This document shows positions 18,268 through 28,175 of a stretch of DNA of 59,168 bases, piece after piece; position 1 is the stretch's first letter; each line of letters starts with the position of its first letter. The stretch is taken from IMG/VR virus record IMGVR_UViG_3300048837_000773, positions 1 to 59,168 of that record; one strand, written 5' to 3'. Under the pieces are notes generated by a model. It was not told the DNA's origin, did no database searches, and saw only the letters and a program-made list of their open reading frames with translations. Source of the DNA: a virus (Duplodnaviria > Caudoviricetes). Made by a program: the position numbers and the translations under genes.

Positions 18268-18282
18268 GAAAGGGGAACGGAA

Positions 18283-18504
18283 ATGGAGGAAGCATTGAGT
18301 GATGGGGATCTGGTGGTTGTGCGAACGGCACGTGGCGAGGGGCAGTTTATCTGCCGGCTGGACGGGTCGCATTTGTACCTGCAGGAGGTGGATCGGGGAA
18401 CAGTCAAGCGGATCACGGGATATGGGGGGTGCGTGCTGCCGGCGCGGCCGGCGACGGGTGTAACGGTTGAAAAGGTCAAGGAGAAGAGTAATGGAAGAAA
18501 ATAG
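18283..18504 (+). CDS. Hypothetical protein
   Basis: 73-aa ORF in operon. Confidence 0.5.
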   Translation: MEEALSDGDLVVVRTARGEGQFICRLDGSHLYLQEVDRGTVKRITGYGGCVLPARPATGVTVEKVKEKSNGRK

Positions 18505-18877
18505 CGTGGAAGCGATGCGGGAGAAGATGAAGGGGTACCTGGCGGCGGTCGCGAAGCTGCCGGCGGGTGAGCGTTTCGAGCTGCTGGAGGGGTTGGCGCG
18601 GGAGACGCGATTGAATGTAACCATCCGGTTAGAGCAGAGGGACGGAGAGTTTGTGGAGCATATCGATCTGCGGGGGGAAACAGAGAAGAGTGTGGTCAAT
18701 GAGCTGCTGGAGCGCGCGCTATCAGCAGAAATGATGGTGGAGACGCTGGTGAAGCAGCTCTTGTGGGCAAAACACTGGATTGACCTTGCGATCACGAAGC
18801 GGGTAGATCCTGCCTGCCTGCCCGATTCCACGCCGATCTCTGAGGCGCTTGGTACCTATTTGGAGTGGAAGAGGTAA
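18491..18877 (+). CDS. Hypothetical protein
   Basis: Operon context, RBS. Confidence 0.55.
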   Translation: MEENSVEAMREKMKGYLAAVAKLPAGERFELLEGLARETRLNVTIRLEQRDGEFVEHIDLRGETEKSVVNELLERALSAEMMVETLVKQLLWAKHWIDLAITKRVDPACLPDSTPISEALGTYLEWKR

Positions 18878-18880
18878 ACA

Positions 18881-19288
18881 ATGTGCGAATGCGGATGTGG
18901 CGATTTTCGACCGTACAAGTCTTTCCTGGTGGGCGACCTGGTGCTTTCCGTGGAGGTGTATCCGGGCTGCCAGGAATGTGGTACCGGGATTATGGTGGCC
19001 TTGAACATTTTTACGATGGAAGAAGCTGCTCGGTGGATTGAGGACATCGAAGCGCTGCCGCAGCTTCAGCCAGTGAAGGGCGATTATGGATGGAAGCGGG
19101 AGGATGTCCCGCTGATTGGCGAAGAAGACATTGTGGAATGGGCAGAAAAGCAGCGCGTGCTTCTTGGCGAGGAGGGGTCGTATTCCACGTTGGAAGATTA
19201 TTTAGCCGATAACGGGCTGGACCTGCTCCAGGGTGGGTTGGAGATCCGGCTAAAGAAGAACCGGGATGCGGAAAATAAGAACCGGTAA
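18881..19288 (+). CDS. Hypothetical protein (Cys-rich N-terminus)
   Basis: MCECGC..CQEC; gaggt RBS. Confidence 0.6.
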   Translation: MCECGCGDFRPYKSFLVGDLVLSVEVYPGCQECGTGIMVALNIFTMEEAARWIEDIEALPQLQPVKGDYGWKREDVPLIGEEDIVEWAEKQRVLLGEEGSYSTLEDYLADNGLDLLQGGLEIRLKKNRDAENKNR

Positions 19289-19301
19289 TGTGTCTTATCG
19301 G
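19282..19301. repeat. dif/Xer-like site 6
   Basis: (agaa)ccggtaa-tgtgtc-ttatcgg; overlaps a stop codon. Confidence 0.8.
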
Positions 19302-19318
19302 CCATGGAGGGAAAGGGG

Positions 19319-20308
19319 ATGAATCACGATATCGTGAAAGATGGCGAAAAGTTTCGGTGCCGGGTGTGCAACTGGAGCTGGAAGAGCAAGCCAGGCACGA
19401 GCTGCCCGGGCGTGACGCGGTACGAGTGGCAGGGCGCGCCGGCGAATTTGAAAACAGAAGCACAGCTCAGGAAGGTTTATTTGAAACCTGGTCCGCGGCG
19501 GGGGATTGTGAAAACGCGCCGGATGACGGAATGGTTGTATGACGTGAATGAGGTGATTCCGTTCACGGACGAGGAGACCCGGGATGCGAAGGAAAGGGCG
19601 CGCAAGGCACGATACCGAACCTGCAAAAAGTGCAAGAAGGAGGTTCGTCGGGAGAAATGGGACAGCGAGTGGAAAGCTTGCGACGCTTGCCGGCCAGATT
19701 TGATCAAGGATTATTACCGGCAGCAGGCGATCGAGGAAGCAATCCGGGAGGAGGAGCATCAAAAGTTCCTCGACGAAAACCGGGCGGCGGCGCAGGAGGA
19801 GGCGCGGCTGTGGCTGGCGCTGGGCAAACAGGCTGTAATCCTGGACACAGAAACGACCGGGCTTGACTATGACGCTGAGGTGGTACAGATTGGGTTGATT
19901 GATTTGCAGGGAAATGTGCTGATGGACTGCCTGGTGCATCCACAGAAACCAATTCCTGACGATGCGATGCGGATTCACGGGATTACGAATGAGATGGTAG
20001 CAACCGCGCCTGGTTTTGAGGAGGTACACCACAAGCTTTATGGGCTGCTGGATGGAAAACTGGTGATTACGTATAACGCGGCCTATGACAAGCGGGTGAT
20101 CTTACAGAGCGCGAAACAGTGCGGCTGTGCACTGGATCAGTTGATCGTGCGAGATTGGGTGTGCGCGATGGAAATGTATGCCCAGTACGTAGGAGAGTGG
20201 AGTGAGTATCACGGGTCTTTCCGGTGGCAGAAGCTGCCGGCAGGCGATCACAGCGCGGTGGGTGACTGTCAGGCAACACTGGCGATTATCCATAAGATGG
20301 CCGGGTGA
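19319..20308 (+). CDS. DnaQ-like DEDDh 3'-5' exonuclease with N-terminal zinc motifs
   Basis: ILDTETTGL, IHGIT, YNAAYD, HSAVGDC. Confidence 0.85.
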   Translation: MNHDIVKDGEKFRCRVCNWSWKSKPGTSCPGVTRYEWQGAPANLKTEAQLRKVYLKPGPRRGIVKTRRMTEWLYDVNEVIPFTDEETRDAKERARKARYRTCKKCKKEVRREKWDSEWKACDACRPDLIKDYYRQQAIEEAIREEEHQKFLDENRAAAQEEARLWLALGKQAVILDTETTGLDYDAEVVQIGLIDLQGNVLMDCLVHPQKPIPDDAMRIHGITNEMVATAPGFEEVHHKLYGLLDGKLVITYNAAYDKRVILQSAKQCGCALDQLIVRDWVCAMEMYAQYVGEWSEYHGSFRWQKLPAGDHSAVGDCQATLAIIHKMAG

Positions 20309-20331
20309 ATCACAAACCGTTGGAGGGGTAC

Positions 20332-20733
20332 ATGAACAATTTGATGATCGGTTATCTGGTGATGGGAATTCTGATGGCGGTGGGGACGATCGCCACACGT
20401 TTCAGCCGGGGCGAGAAGATTGACCGGTGGGGCATGGTCTCTTACCTGGCAATGCTGCCGTTGTGGCCATTCTTTGCGGGGCTGGCTTTGGCGGCGATGC
20501 TGCGGAAACCAGGAGTGCGGTGCGCGTACTGCAACTACCTGGCAGCGACGGACCGGGAGGTGCGCGACCATTTCGCCGTATGTAAGAAGCATCCAATGTA
20601 CCGGCTGACCCGGGCGAGCTGGGCGCTGCTGGATGCAATTGTCGACACACCTTTGAGCATGGAGGCGAGCCTGGCCGAGATCGAGCTGAAGCAAGAACTG
20701 CGCCGGTTGGACCCGCAGGGGGAACCGCTGTGA
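20332..20733 (+). CDS. Membrane protein with a zinc-finger-like segment
   Basis: 2 TM, CAYC..H..C..HP. Confidence 0.55.
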   Translation: MNNLMIGYLVMGILMAVGTIATRFSRGEKIDRWGMVSYLAMLPLWPFFAGLALAAMLRKPGVRCAYCNYLAATDREVRDHFAVCKKHPMYRLTRASWALLDAIVDTPLSMEASLAEIELKQELRRLDPQGEPL

Positions 20734-21125
20734 AAGGCAACTGGTTCGAGGTTTACCACGCGCCTGACGTAAAGCAGGCCGCGGCGTACTGTGGATTTGC
20801 GCGCTTCGATCTGCGTGCGCCGCCATTTGACCTGAGGGCTATCGAACGAGGAAGGGTGCGGTACTATCTGCGCTATCACCTGCCCTGGGAGTACGCACTG
20901 CCGGGGGTGGAAACGCCCGATATTATTTTCGATGGGCCAATCGCGTACGCGGAATGGTTCGCGGCAGAGCACTGTGGAATGGAAAACGCGCAGGCGCAGG
21001 CTTACCGGCGGCAGGGCGAGGTGTGGGTGGTGGAAGTGACGGACGAGCGACAGGCGGTAACCATTGAGGTGTTTATCGATAATGAGCGCTTCAGTGCAAA
21101 TCAAATTATTGGAATGCACTACTAG
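20730..21125 (+). CDS. Hypothetical protein
   Basis: GTGA overlap. Confidence 0.55.
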   Translation: MKGNWFEVYHAPDVKQAAAYCGFARFDLRAPPFDLRAIERGRVRYYLRYHLPWEYALPGVETPDIIFDGPIAYAEWFAAEHCGMENAQAQAYRRQGEVWVVEVTDERQAVTIEVFIDNERFSANQIIGMHY

Positions 21126-21135
21126 GGAGGTTGGT

Positions 21136-21849
21136 ATGAATGAGGTGCGAAGGTATTGGCGAGAGTACGTCTGGCAATCGAAAGTGCTGGCGCGGGCGTG
21201 GTGGTCGCTGCAGCAGGGCAAGGCGGATGGACAGGCGGCGGCGAGCCTGTTCCGGTTGAACCGGCTGGCGAAGAATGGCACGGGCAAGGTAGAGATCTAC
21301 CAGATGAAAAGTCACCTGATCCGGCATTTCTATAAAAAAGGGTTTTGCATCCGGGCGGAGAAATCCATCCAGGAGCTGGAGTGCTGGCATACGATGCGCT
21401 ACCTGTCCGGTGTGGATGAGGTGTGTCCCAAGTGCGATAACACGGGGATATTTGCGCGGCACGAGCTGTTCCAGTTTACATTTTTGGTGGACGGACTGCG
21501 GTACGCGTGGCATCAGCCCATGCGACTGGTGGATTGGCCGGTGGAGCTGAGTGAAGGCAAGCCGAGTGTGTATACCGGCCGGTGCGCGGATTGGGATTTG
21601 GATGTGGTCCAGGCGAATTGGGATCAGGCGGTATTATGGGTTTATCTGCGCTGCCTGGGAGTGCGGGATCTGCCTGAGCTGCGCACGGTTCGAGGCTTGA
21701 TGCGAATTGCACGGTTCTATTGGGTAACGCGAAAGTTGGATATCTGGACACGCCGAACACGCCGGCGGATTGAGAAGCGCCTGGAAGGAAAGCGCGGCTG
21801 GATGGCCGAGCGGATCCGGGAGTGGGCGAGCGATGGGTTTCCTTTTTAG
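21136..21849 (+). CDS. Hypothetical protein
   Basis: ggagg RBS; CPKC motif. Confidence 0.6.
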   Translation: MNEVRRYWREYVWQSKVLARAWWSLQQGKADGQAAASLFRLNRLAKNGTGKVEIYQMKSHLIRHFYKKGFCIRAEKSIQELECWHTMRYLSGVDEVCPKCDNTGIFARHELFQFTFLVDGLRYAWHQPMRLVDWPVELSEGKPSVYTGRCADWDLDVVQANWDQAVLWVYLRCLGVRDLPELRTVRGLMRIARFYWVTRKLDIWTRRTRRRIEKRLEGKRGWMAERIREWASDGFPF

Positions 21850-21858
21850 GGAGGGAAA

Positions 21859-22032
21859 ATGGAACGAAGAACGAAAGTGCTGCTGGCGATCATGGCGGCG
21901 GTTCTGACGATCGCGCTAGTGATTGCGAATGTGAATGCGGAAGGGGTACAGCCGCCTCCGTGTATTCGGGGTGATCTGGCGGCGCAGATCTGCGGTCGGA
22001 GCACACTTTATTTGCCAATGGTGGTGCGGTAA
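21859..22032 (+). CDS. 57-aa secreted peptide ending in LYLPMVVR
   Basis: ggagg RBS; signal-peptide-like N-terminus; below the ORF-track cutoff. Confidence 0.6.
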   Translation: MERRTKVLLAIMAAVLTIALVIANVNAEGVQPPPCIRGDLAAQICGRSTLYLPMVVR

Positions 22033-22036
22033 TGGG

Positions 22037-22075
22037 AGGGCCCCGGCCGAGCTCGGCCGGGGCCCTGTTTCAATT
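22037..22075 (+). terminator. 30-bp perfect palindrome, probable terminator of the early operon
   Basis: agggccccggccgag|ctcggccggggccct followed by gtttcaattt. Confidence 0.65.
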
Positions 22076-22094
22076 TCGGCTTAGAAATTCATAC

Positions 22095-22123
22095 TTGACA
22101 ACGAGTGATATTATACGTACAAT
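22095..22123 (+). promoter_or_regulatory. Sigma70-type promoter of the accessory module
   Basis: TTGACA-17 bp-TACAAT. Confidence 0.75.
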
Positions 22124-22171
22124 ATCAATAAGGATTGAACAAGAACCAATCAAGAGCAGAAGGACTAAGAA

Positions 22172-22612
22172 ATGACCACCATCAGCATCCATCGCGACAG
22201 TTTCAGCCATTTCGATGGCGACACCTACACCGTGAACCTCGAGCGCAAGTTTGAGGGTTACGAGACCGGCGACCTGATCTGCTTTGTCCAGCCTTTCGGG
22301 AGCAATCTTCCGCTGATGCTGGAAATCGCTATTCGCAAAAATGGCGAGATGGCATTCCGGTCATGGGGGTGGAGCGGCAGGGGTAACCAGTACCTGCATA
22401 CCGAAGAGACTGCCGCGATTGACCCTGAGCGCCCGTTTACTCAACCCTTTATCCCGACGCCGGAGCAGATTGAGACAGTAAACGGTCTGTTCAGCGGGCG
22501 CATCACCTTCGAGGGACTACGGCTTAGTCCCGGCGCAAGCCTGCAGCGCGTCTGCCCGGTGGACGTACAGGCAGAGGAAGCGCGCGTGGGCAAAAATATT
22601 TTCTTGGCGTAA
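22172..22612 (+). CDS. Hypothetical protein
   Basis: First ORF after the promoter; aagga RBS. Confidence 0.65.
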   Translation: MTTISIHRDSFSHFDGDTYTVNLERKFEGYETGDLICFVQPFGSNLPLMLEIAIRKNGEMAFRSWGWSGRGNQYLHTEETAAIDPERPFTQPFIPTPEQIETVNGLFSGRITFEGLRLSPGASLQRVCPVDVQAEEARVGKNIFLA

Positions 22613-22656
22613 AGCACAGCCGCGCCGGTCGAGCCAAAGGCCGGCAAGGAGGTCAC

Positions 22657-23358
22657 GTGGTAAAAGGTGGGAGGAGGGAAGGGGCAGGCCGACCGACCCT
22701 TGACGTAGAACGTCTGTATGTTACTCTGAGGCGGCCTCAGATCGAATGGCTGAAAGGCAAAGGGAACGCTTCAGAGGTTTTGCGGTCCCTGGTGGACCGC
22801 GCAATCGAGGAGGAGGGATCCGTGCACCTTTACGAAGTTGGCAAACCGTACACCGACCGAAAGCATTGGCCCGAACTGGCGCAGTATAACTACCGGTCCG
22901 GCGAACACGAGCTAATTCTGTTTTTCGACCGGCCCAGCTCCAAGGAGGTCCAGGCGGTGCGAAAAGATCCGTTTGAGCTGGCACTCTACACAGCAGGTAT
23001 GCAGATTGTGCTGCTTTATCGATTTGGCCAGGTAATCCCCTGGAGCGATGCGCCATACAGCATCCACCTTGTTCCACCCGAGCAGCGCACGCTGCCGTTG
23101 CCGACCGGGTCAGAAGAGCAGGCCTGGCTGCACGTGGTTCTGGTGGACGCGTCCAATGGTATTGTGCGTGCACTGCGCTCGCTAACAATGTCCGCGGAAT
23201 TCACCCAGGCGCTGCACCAGTCGATCCGCGCGCAGGCGGATATGCCGTTTACGCGCGCCAACTACAACGGCGAGCTGGAAGCGCTGTTCGCGGAGAACTC
23301 ATCTGCGGACCTGGCCAGTATGGCGCAGATCCGGTACACGAGTAATCAGGACCGATAA
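22657..23358 (+). CDS. Hypothetical protein with N-terminal GGxRxGAGR and RHH-like DNA-binding segment
   Basis: GGRREGAGRP..LYVTL..NASEVLRSLVD. Confidence 0.65.
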   Translation: MVKGGRREGAGRPTLDVERLYVTLRRPQIEWLKGKGNASEVLRSLVDRAIEEEGSVHLYEVGKPYTDRKHWPELAQYNYRSGEHELILFFDRPSSKEVQAVRKDPFELALYTAGMQIVLLYRFGQVIPWSDAPYSIHLVPPEQRTLPLPTGSEEQAWLHVVLVDASNGIVRALRSLTMSAEFTQALHQSIRAQADMPFTRANYNGELEALFAENSSADLASMAQIRYTSNQDR

Positions 23359-23371
23359 GAGCAATTATGAG
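23352..23371. repeat. dif/Xer-like site 7
   Basis: ccgataa-gagcaa-ttatgag; spans stop 23356-58 and ATG 23367. Confidence 0.65.
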
Positions 23372-24020
23372 CATCCTCATCCGTCCACCCAAACCACCCG
23401 TCACGAACACCATCGCGGTCTTGACCTATACCGCGGACCTGGTGCAGGCGCGCCTGCCCGAGAAACATGAGGATTTCCGCGAGGTTGTGAAGGCGCGCGG
23501 TTATCACTGGAACGGCTGGAACCGCGTGTGGGAGAAGCACATCAATGGCCAGACCGGGCCATCGCTGCATCGCGCCGCGGAAGTTGGCCGGGCGCTGCTG
23601 GAAGCCGGTTTTATCGTTGATTTCCCCGACCAGGCTGTGTTGGACCTGGCCGTCTCGGGGGAGTGGGAGCCGGAGTGCCGGCGCTGGGTGCTGGCCGTGG
23701 TGAAAGGCGAGTATGCGGGTTGGTTCGCGCTCAAGTGGGCGCGCGATGAGGATTACTATACCCGCGCGCGCCGGCTTCCCGGATCGCGCTACAGCTCGCC
23801 CAATGTGGTGGTACCGCCAGATGCGTTCGCGGAGGTGCTGGATTTTGCCGAGGTACACGGGTTCCGGGTTGGCAAGGCGGCGATGGAGATTGCCGAGCAG
23901 GCGCGGGCCCGGGTGGACCAGGCGCTGCTGGTGGAGCTGAAGACGCCGGAGCCGAAACAGGCAGCGGCAGAGCCGGAAACCTACGAGGTTGCGGATGAAC
24001 TGCTTGACGAGCCTCTATAG
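23367..24020 (+). CDS. Hypothetical protein (possible HARP-like helicase partner)
   Basis: Directly upstream of and overlapping the SNF2 helicase; Trp-rich repeats. Confidence 0.55.
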   Translation: MSILIRPPKPPVTNTIAVLTYTADLVQARLPEKHEDFREVVKARGYHWNGWNRVWEKHINGQTGPSLHRAAEVGRALLEAGFIVDFPDQAVLDLAVSGEWEPECRRWVLAVVKGEYAGWFALKWARDEDYYTRARRLPGSRYSSPNVVVPPDAFAEVLDFAEVHGFRVGKAAMEIAEQARARVDQALLVELKTPEPKQAAAEPETYEVADELLDEPL

Positions 24021-25401
24021 CCACCAGCAGCGTGCGGTGGATAAGCTGGCCCGTTCGCGGGTGGGTGCGCTCATCATGGAGATGGGCACCGGCAAAACCC
24101 GCACGGCGATTGAGTTTATCCGCTTGCGCGAGCAGCGCACCAGCCGGGCAATCTGGTACTGCCCGGTCGCGTTGAAAGACACCATTGCCTATGAGATTGC
24201 CAAACATACCGATCTCAGACCGGACCAGGTACACGTTTTCGACGAGCACACCAGCCCGCGAAACCTGCCGCCGGCGCGTATCTATATCATCGGCATCGAG
24301 AGCATGTCATCTAGCAATCGGGTCATCCTGGCCGCGAACAAGCTTATTGACGAAAACAGCTTCGTTATCGTCGATGAAAGCAGCTACATCAAAGGCCACA
24401 ACGCGCTGCGCACGCGTCGAATTACGCGTCTGGCCGAGCGGGCGAAATATCGCATGATCCTGACCGGCACGCCGCTTTCGCAAGGCGTGGTGGATCTGTA
24501 CGCACAGATGAAGTTTCTCTCGCCGCAAATCCTCGGGTACAAATCGTTCTACTCATTTGCGCACAATCACCTGGAGTACAGCGAGAAATACCCCGGCATG
24601 ATCTTGCGGGCGCTGAATACAGACCTTCTCGCGGCCAAGATCCACCCATACAGCTACCAGGTGACAAAAGAAGAGTGCCTGGATCTACCGAAGAAGCTGA
24701 CCGATGAATTGTTTTTCTATCTCACGGAGGAGCAGCGAGAAGCCTACCAGCAGGCGAAAGACGAGATATTGGCCGAACTCGATTATGACCGGTTTGACTC
24801 GATCACGATCTTCCGCCTGTTTACCGCGCTGCAGCAGATCGTAAGCGGATTTTGGAACAAGGACGGCAAGCTGCTGGAATTTCCGCATCGCCGGTTGGAC
24901 ATGGTCGATGCGGCCATCGACTACCAGATCCCCACCGGGGATAAGGTCATTATCTGGACAAAATACGTCTACTCGCTCCAGCGGATCGTAGAGCGGCTGC
25001 GAGAACGCTTTGGCGCGGACGCCGTATCGCTGCTGTATGGCGACCAGTCGGGGGAGACGCGGAAGCGTGAGGTAGATCGCTGGCGGTCGGAGGCGCAATT
25101 CCTGGTATCCACCCAGTCCACCGGCGGGCACGGGTTCACGTTCAACGAGGCGTGCCACGTTATTTTCTACGAGAATGGATTTAAGTACAGCGAGCGGTTG
25201 CAGGCGGAAGACCGCTGTCACCGGATCGGGCAGACCATGCCGGTGACCTACATCGACATCCGTTCGAGCGGTGGCATCGATTACCGTATCCGGGATGCGC
25301 TGGCCAGGAAAGGGAATGTGGTCAACGAATTCCGGCAAAAGGTGGAGCGTATCAAAGACAAAAAGCGCGCGGAAGTGCGAAAGATGATCAAGGACCTATG
25401 A
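23989..25401 (+). CDS. SNF2-family SF2 helicase/ATPase
   Basis: MEMGTGKT, IVDESS, LTGTP, QAEDRCHRIGQ. Confidence 0.9.
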   Translation: MRMNCLTSLYSHQQRAVDKLARSRVGALIMEMGTGKTRTAIEFIRLREQRTSRAIWYCPVALKDTIAYEIAKHTDLRPDQVHVFDEHTSPRNLPPARIYIIGIESMSSSNRVILAANKLIDENSFVIVDESSYIKGHNALRTRRITRLAERAKYRMILTGTPLSQGVVDLYAQMKFLSPQILGYKSFYSFAHNHLEYSEKYPGMILRALNTDLLAAKIHPYSYQVTKEECLDLPKKLTDELFFYLTEEQREAYQQAKDEILAELDYDRFDSITIFRLFTALQQIVSGFWNKDGKLLEFPHRRLDMVDAAIDYQIPTGDKVIIWTKYVYSLQRIVERLRERFGADAVSLLYGDQSGETRKREVDRWRSEAQFLVSTQSTGGHGFTFNEACHVIFYENGFKYSERLQAEDRCHRIGQTMPVTYIDIRSSGGIDYRIRDALARKGNVVNEFRQKVERIKDKKRAEVRKMIKDL

Positions 25402-26786
25402 GCAAAACGTACCTGGATATGGACGTGCTTACAGCCGCCCGTGAACGCATACGATTTATTTTCGATCACTATGAAAAAATTGTGGTCTCCTACTCGGGCG
25501 GGAAGGATTCGACGGTGCTGCTGGAACTGGCCCGGCAAGAGGCCGAACGGCGCGGGCGGAAGATCTACGCACTATTTATCGACCCGGAAGCGCAGTACGC
25601 CGAAACCATCCGGCAAATTGAACACGCTATTCTGCATGATCCGGTCATTATTCCGATCTGGATCTGCATCCCGCTTTTATGGCGCAACGCGGTAAGCGTG
25701 TTTCAACCTCATTGGCGCTCCTGGGACCCGGAAGAGCGGGAGCGCTGGGTCCGACCTGTTCCGGAGCATGATTGCGTAATTGCCGATACAGCCGCGTTCC
25801 CGTTTTACGATGAGAACTACGGCATCGATGAGGTGGTGGAGGAAATCCCCGGCTGGCTGATCCAGCCCGGCGAGAACTATGCTTCGCTTGTTGGTATTCG
25901 CGCGGATGAGAGCTTCCACCGCTACACGGCAGTGAAAGGAAGGCGAAAGAAGAACTACCTGGAGCTGGGCGGTCGCAAAATCCACTGGTCCACCATACCA
26001 AACGAGAAGCGCCCGGAGATTGTCAATTTTTATCCGATCTTCGATTGGCACGTCTCAGACGTGTGGCGCTTCATTCACGATGCAGGCATACGCTACAACG
26101 GCATCTATGACCTGATGTACCTGGCGGGAGTGCCGATCATCGAGCAGCGCGTATGCCAGCCGTATGGCGACGAGCAGCGGCGAGGCCTGGACCAGTGGGC
26201 CAAGATTGAGCCGGAGACGTGGGCCGCGGCGCTGGAGCGGGTCTCGGGCGTGAACTACGGGGCGCGCTACTCGGGTGACAAAATGCTGGGGTATCATCGC
26301 GGCGTGGGATTGCCGGATGGTCACACGTGGAAAAGCTACACGTTTTTCCTGCTATCAACGCTTCCGGATGTTGTGCGCGAGCGCTACATGGCCAATTTTG
26401 CCATCGCGCTGGAGTGGTACGCGAAGAAACGATTTTTGGGGAGCGTGGCGGAACTGGCGGATGACGATACGCCCATTCCCAACCCAACCGAGTTCAACAT
26501 CCCGAGCTGGCGCAAGCTGGCTCTGTCCATCGCGAAAAATGATTTTTGGGGCAATACGCTGGATATTGGCGTGACGAAATATCCAATGCGCGATATCTAC
26601 GAGAGCGTAGAAGCGGACGGGCGGGTGAAGGTGCGCGTTTCGGTGCAACCGTACTATGATCTGTTCCGCGAGCAGTTCCAGGTGTACCAGGCGCGGGGAA
26701 TGGATGCGGTCCATATGGATTTTGAACACCCGACCGCGAAGGGCGCCGTTCGGGAGATGATCAAGAAACGCTACGAGGACCTATGA
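25398..26786 (+). CDS. PAPS-reductase-family protein (IbrA/YbdN/DUF3440-like)
   Basis: SYSGGKDS PP-loop, GIRADES, YPIFDW, QRVCQPYG, IPSWRKL. Confidence 0.85.
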   Translation: MSKTYLDMDVLTAARERIRFIFDHYEKIVVSYSGGKDSTVLLELARQEAERRGRKIYALFIDPEAQYAETIRQIEHAILHDPVIIPIWICIPLLWRNAVSVFQPHWRSWDPEERERWVRPVPEHDCVIADTAAFPFYDENYGIDEVVEEIPGWLIQPGENYASLVGIRADESFHRYTAVKGRRKKNYLELGGRKIHWSTIPNEKRPEIVNFYPIFDWHVSDVWRFIHDAGIRYNGIYDLMYLAGVPIIEQRVCQPYGDEQRRGLDQWAKIEPETWAAALERVSGVNYGARYSGDKMLGYHRGVGLPDGHTWKSYTFFLLSTLPDVVRERYMANFAIALEWYAKKRFLGSVAELADDDTPIPNPTEFNIPSWRKLALSIAKNDFWGNTLDIGVTKYPMRDIYESVEADGRVKVRVSVQPYYDLFREQFQVYQARGMDAVHMDFEHPTAKGAVREMIKKRYEDL

Positions 26787-27202
26787 ATATTCAAAAGTTT
26801 GACCACGACGAAGAGAACGAGTTTTTCTGGTCGAAAATGGGCCGCTTTTTTGCCTCGCCGAAAGTGCGCGCTTCGGTGGGCGGCTTTATGACGTCCGGGC
26901 CGGCGTTTACCTGGTGGGTGGCCTTCGACGATGGGGGCCAGGTGATGGGATTCTGCGCGGCCAAGCGCGAGCGGGGCGGGGAGCAGGTTTACCTGACCTA
27001 TGCGTACGTGCTGCCGGAGCATCGGGGAAAGGGCGTTTACACCGCGCTGTTCCACGCGCGGCAGGCGGACGTAGTCACATGGCCAGGGGTGAAACGGCTT
27101 CACTCTGTGGTCAACCTGCATTCCGAGCCGATTTTTCCGGAGAATGGGTTTGTGAAATGTGGCGAGCGGGGCAGTTTTACCATCATGGAGAAAATTTTAT
27201 GA
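26783..27202 (+). CDS. GNAT-family acetyltransferase
   Basis: AYVLPEHRGKGV acetyl-CoA motif. Confidence 0.8.
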   Translation: MNIQKFDHDEENEFFWSKMGRFFASPKVRASVGGFMTSGPAFTWWVAFDDGGQVMGFCAAKRERGGEQVYLTYAYVLPEHRGKGVYTALFHARQADVVTWPGVKRLHSVVNLHSEPIFPENGFVKCGERGSFTIMEKIL

Positions 27203-27852
27203 AACAGGAAAGCCTGTTTGAGGTTGGCAATGAGAAAATCGTAGAAATGGCGCGGGGGCTGTGCGAGGAGCTGGCCAGACTGCCAGAAGAGCAGCGCATC
27301 CCGACGCTGAACCAGGTGCGCGCCATGCTGCATCAGGTTAGCCCGTTCCGAGACGAGCCGGTAGACCTGGTGCAGTGGGTGCAGGCGGATGACGTGGAGG
27401 GCAATTCGTACAACCCAAACCGGGTCGCGCCGCCAGAAATGAAACTGCTGGCCCGTTCCGTGGCAATGGACGGCTATACTCAGCCGATTGTGGGTTGGTC
27501 CGTGAACAGCCACGTGGAAGTGGTAGATGGCTTCCACCGGGCGCGGGTAGGAAAGGAGATCGGCGAAGTGCGCCGGCGCGTGCGCGGGTACCTACCGGTG
27601 GTGATGATCAACGCCAGCCGGGAGGATGCAAAAGACCGCATGGCCGCGACGATCCGCCACAACCGCGCGCGTGGCGTGCATGGTGTGCTGCCGATGACAG
27701 ACATCGTCGCGGCGCTGTTGCGCGAAGGCTGGAGCGATGATGAGGTGGCCCGCGAACTGGGCATGGACGCAGATGAGGTGCTGCGGTTCAAGCAAAATAC
27801 GGGGTTACCGGAGCTGTTCAAAAATTCGGATTATGGGAGAGCGTGGGAATGA
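27199..27852 (+). CDS. ParB/sulfiredoxin-like protein (IbrB/YbdM-like)
   Basis: NSYNPNRVAPPEM, DGYTQPIV, VVDGFHR, TIRHNRARG, LGMDADEVLR. Confidence 0.85.
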   Translation: MKQESLFEVGNEKIVEMARGLCEELARLPEEQRIPTLNQVRAMLHQVSPFRDEPVDLVQWVQADDVEGNSYNPNRVAPPEMKLLARSVAMDGYTQPIVGWSVNSHVEVVDGFHRARVGKEIGEVRRRVRGYLPVVMINASREDAKDRMAATIRHNRARGVHGVLPMTDIVAALLREGWSDDEVARELGMDADEVLRFKQNTGLPELFKNSDYGRAWE

Positions 27853-28124
27853 AGGATAAATTTCAGGAAGCAATCAATGTATTAAATGAATACGCGAGGC
27901 TGACGATTAACCAATATTATTGTGGAGCAACGGGGTGGATGGCAATTGCCATTGAGGAAAAAGCCGTAAAGATCGCCATGATCACCGGCGAAGAGACAAG
28001 CGCTATTCTGAAGCGCTTCTCCGCGATCGCCCGGGAAGAAGCGCGTACAAGCACGGATATGTACGAAGATATTTTCTATGCTATGCTGGAGCGTGAGTTG
28101 ATGATCCGCGCTCGCGGAGAATGA
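27849..28124 (+). CDS. Hypothetical protein
   Basis: ATGA overlap with the ParB-like gene. Confidence 0.55.
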   Translation: MKDKFQEAINVLNEYARLTINQYYCGATGWMAIAIEEKAVKIAMITGEETSAILKRFSAIAREEARTSTDMYEDIFYAMLERELMIRARGE

Positions 28125-28175
28125 TACCGGGTGATTATTCGGAGATTTACTTCATCACTGTTTGATAATGGCACA

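Noticed and set aside
24938-24956. gggataa-ggtca-ttatctg as another dif-like site
   Set aside because: 5-bp spacer, poor outer arms, inside conserved helicase sequence; probably chance
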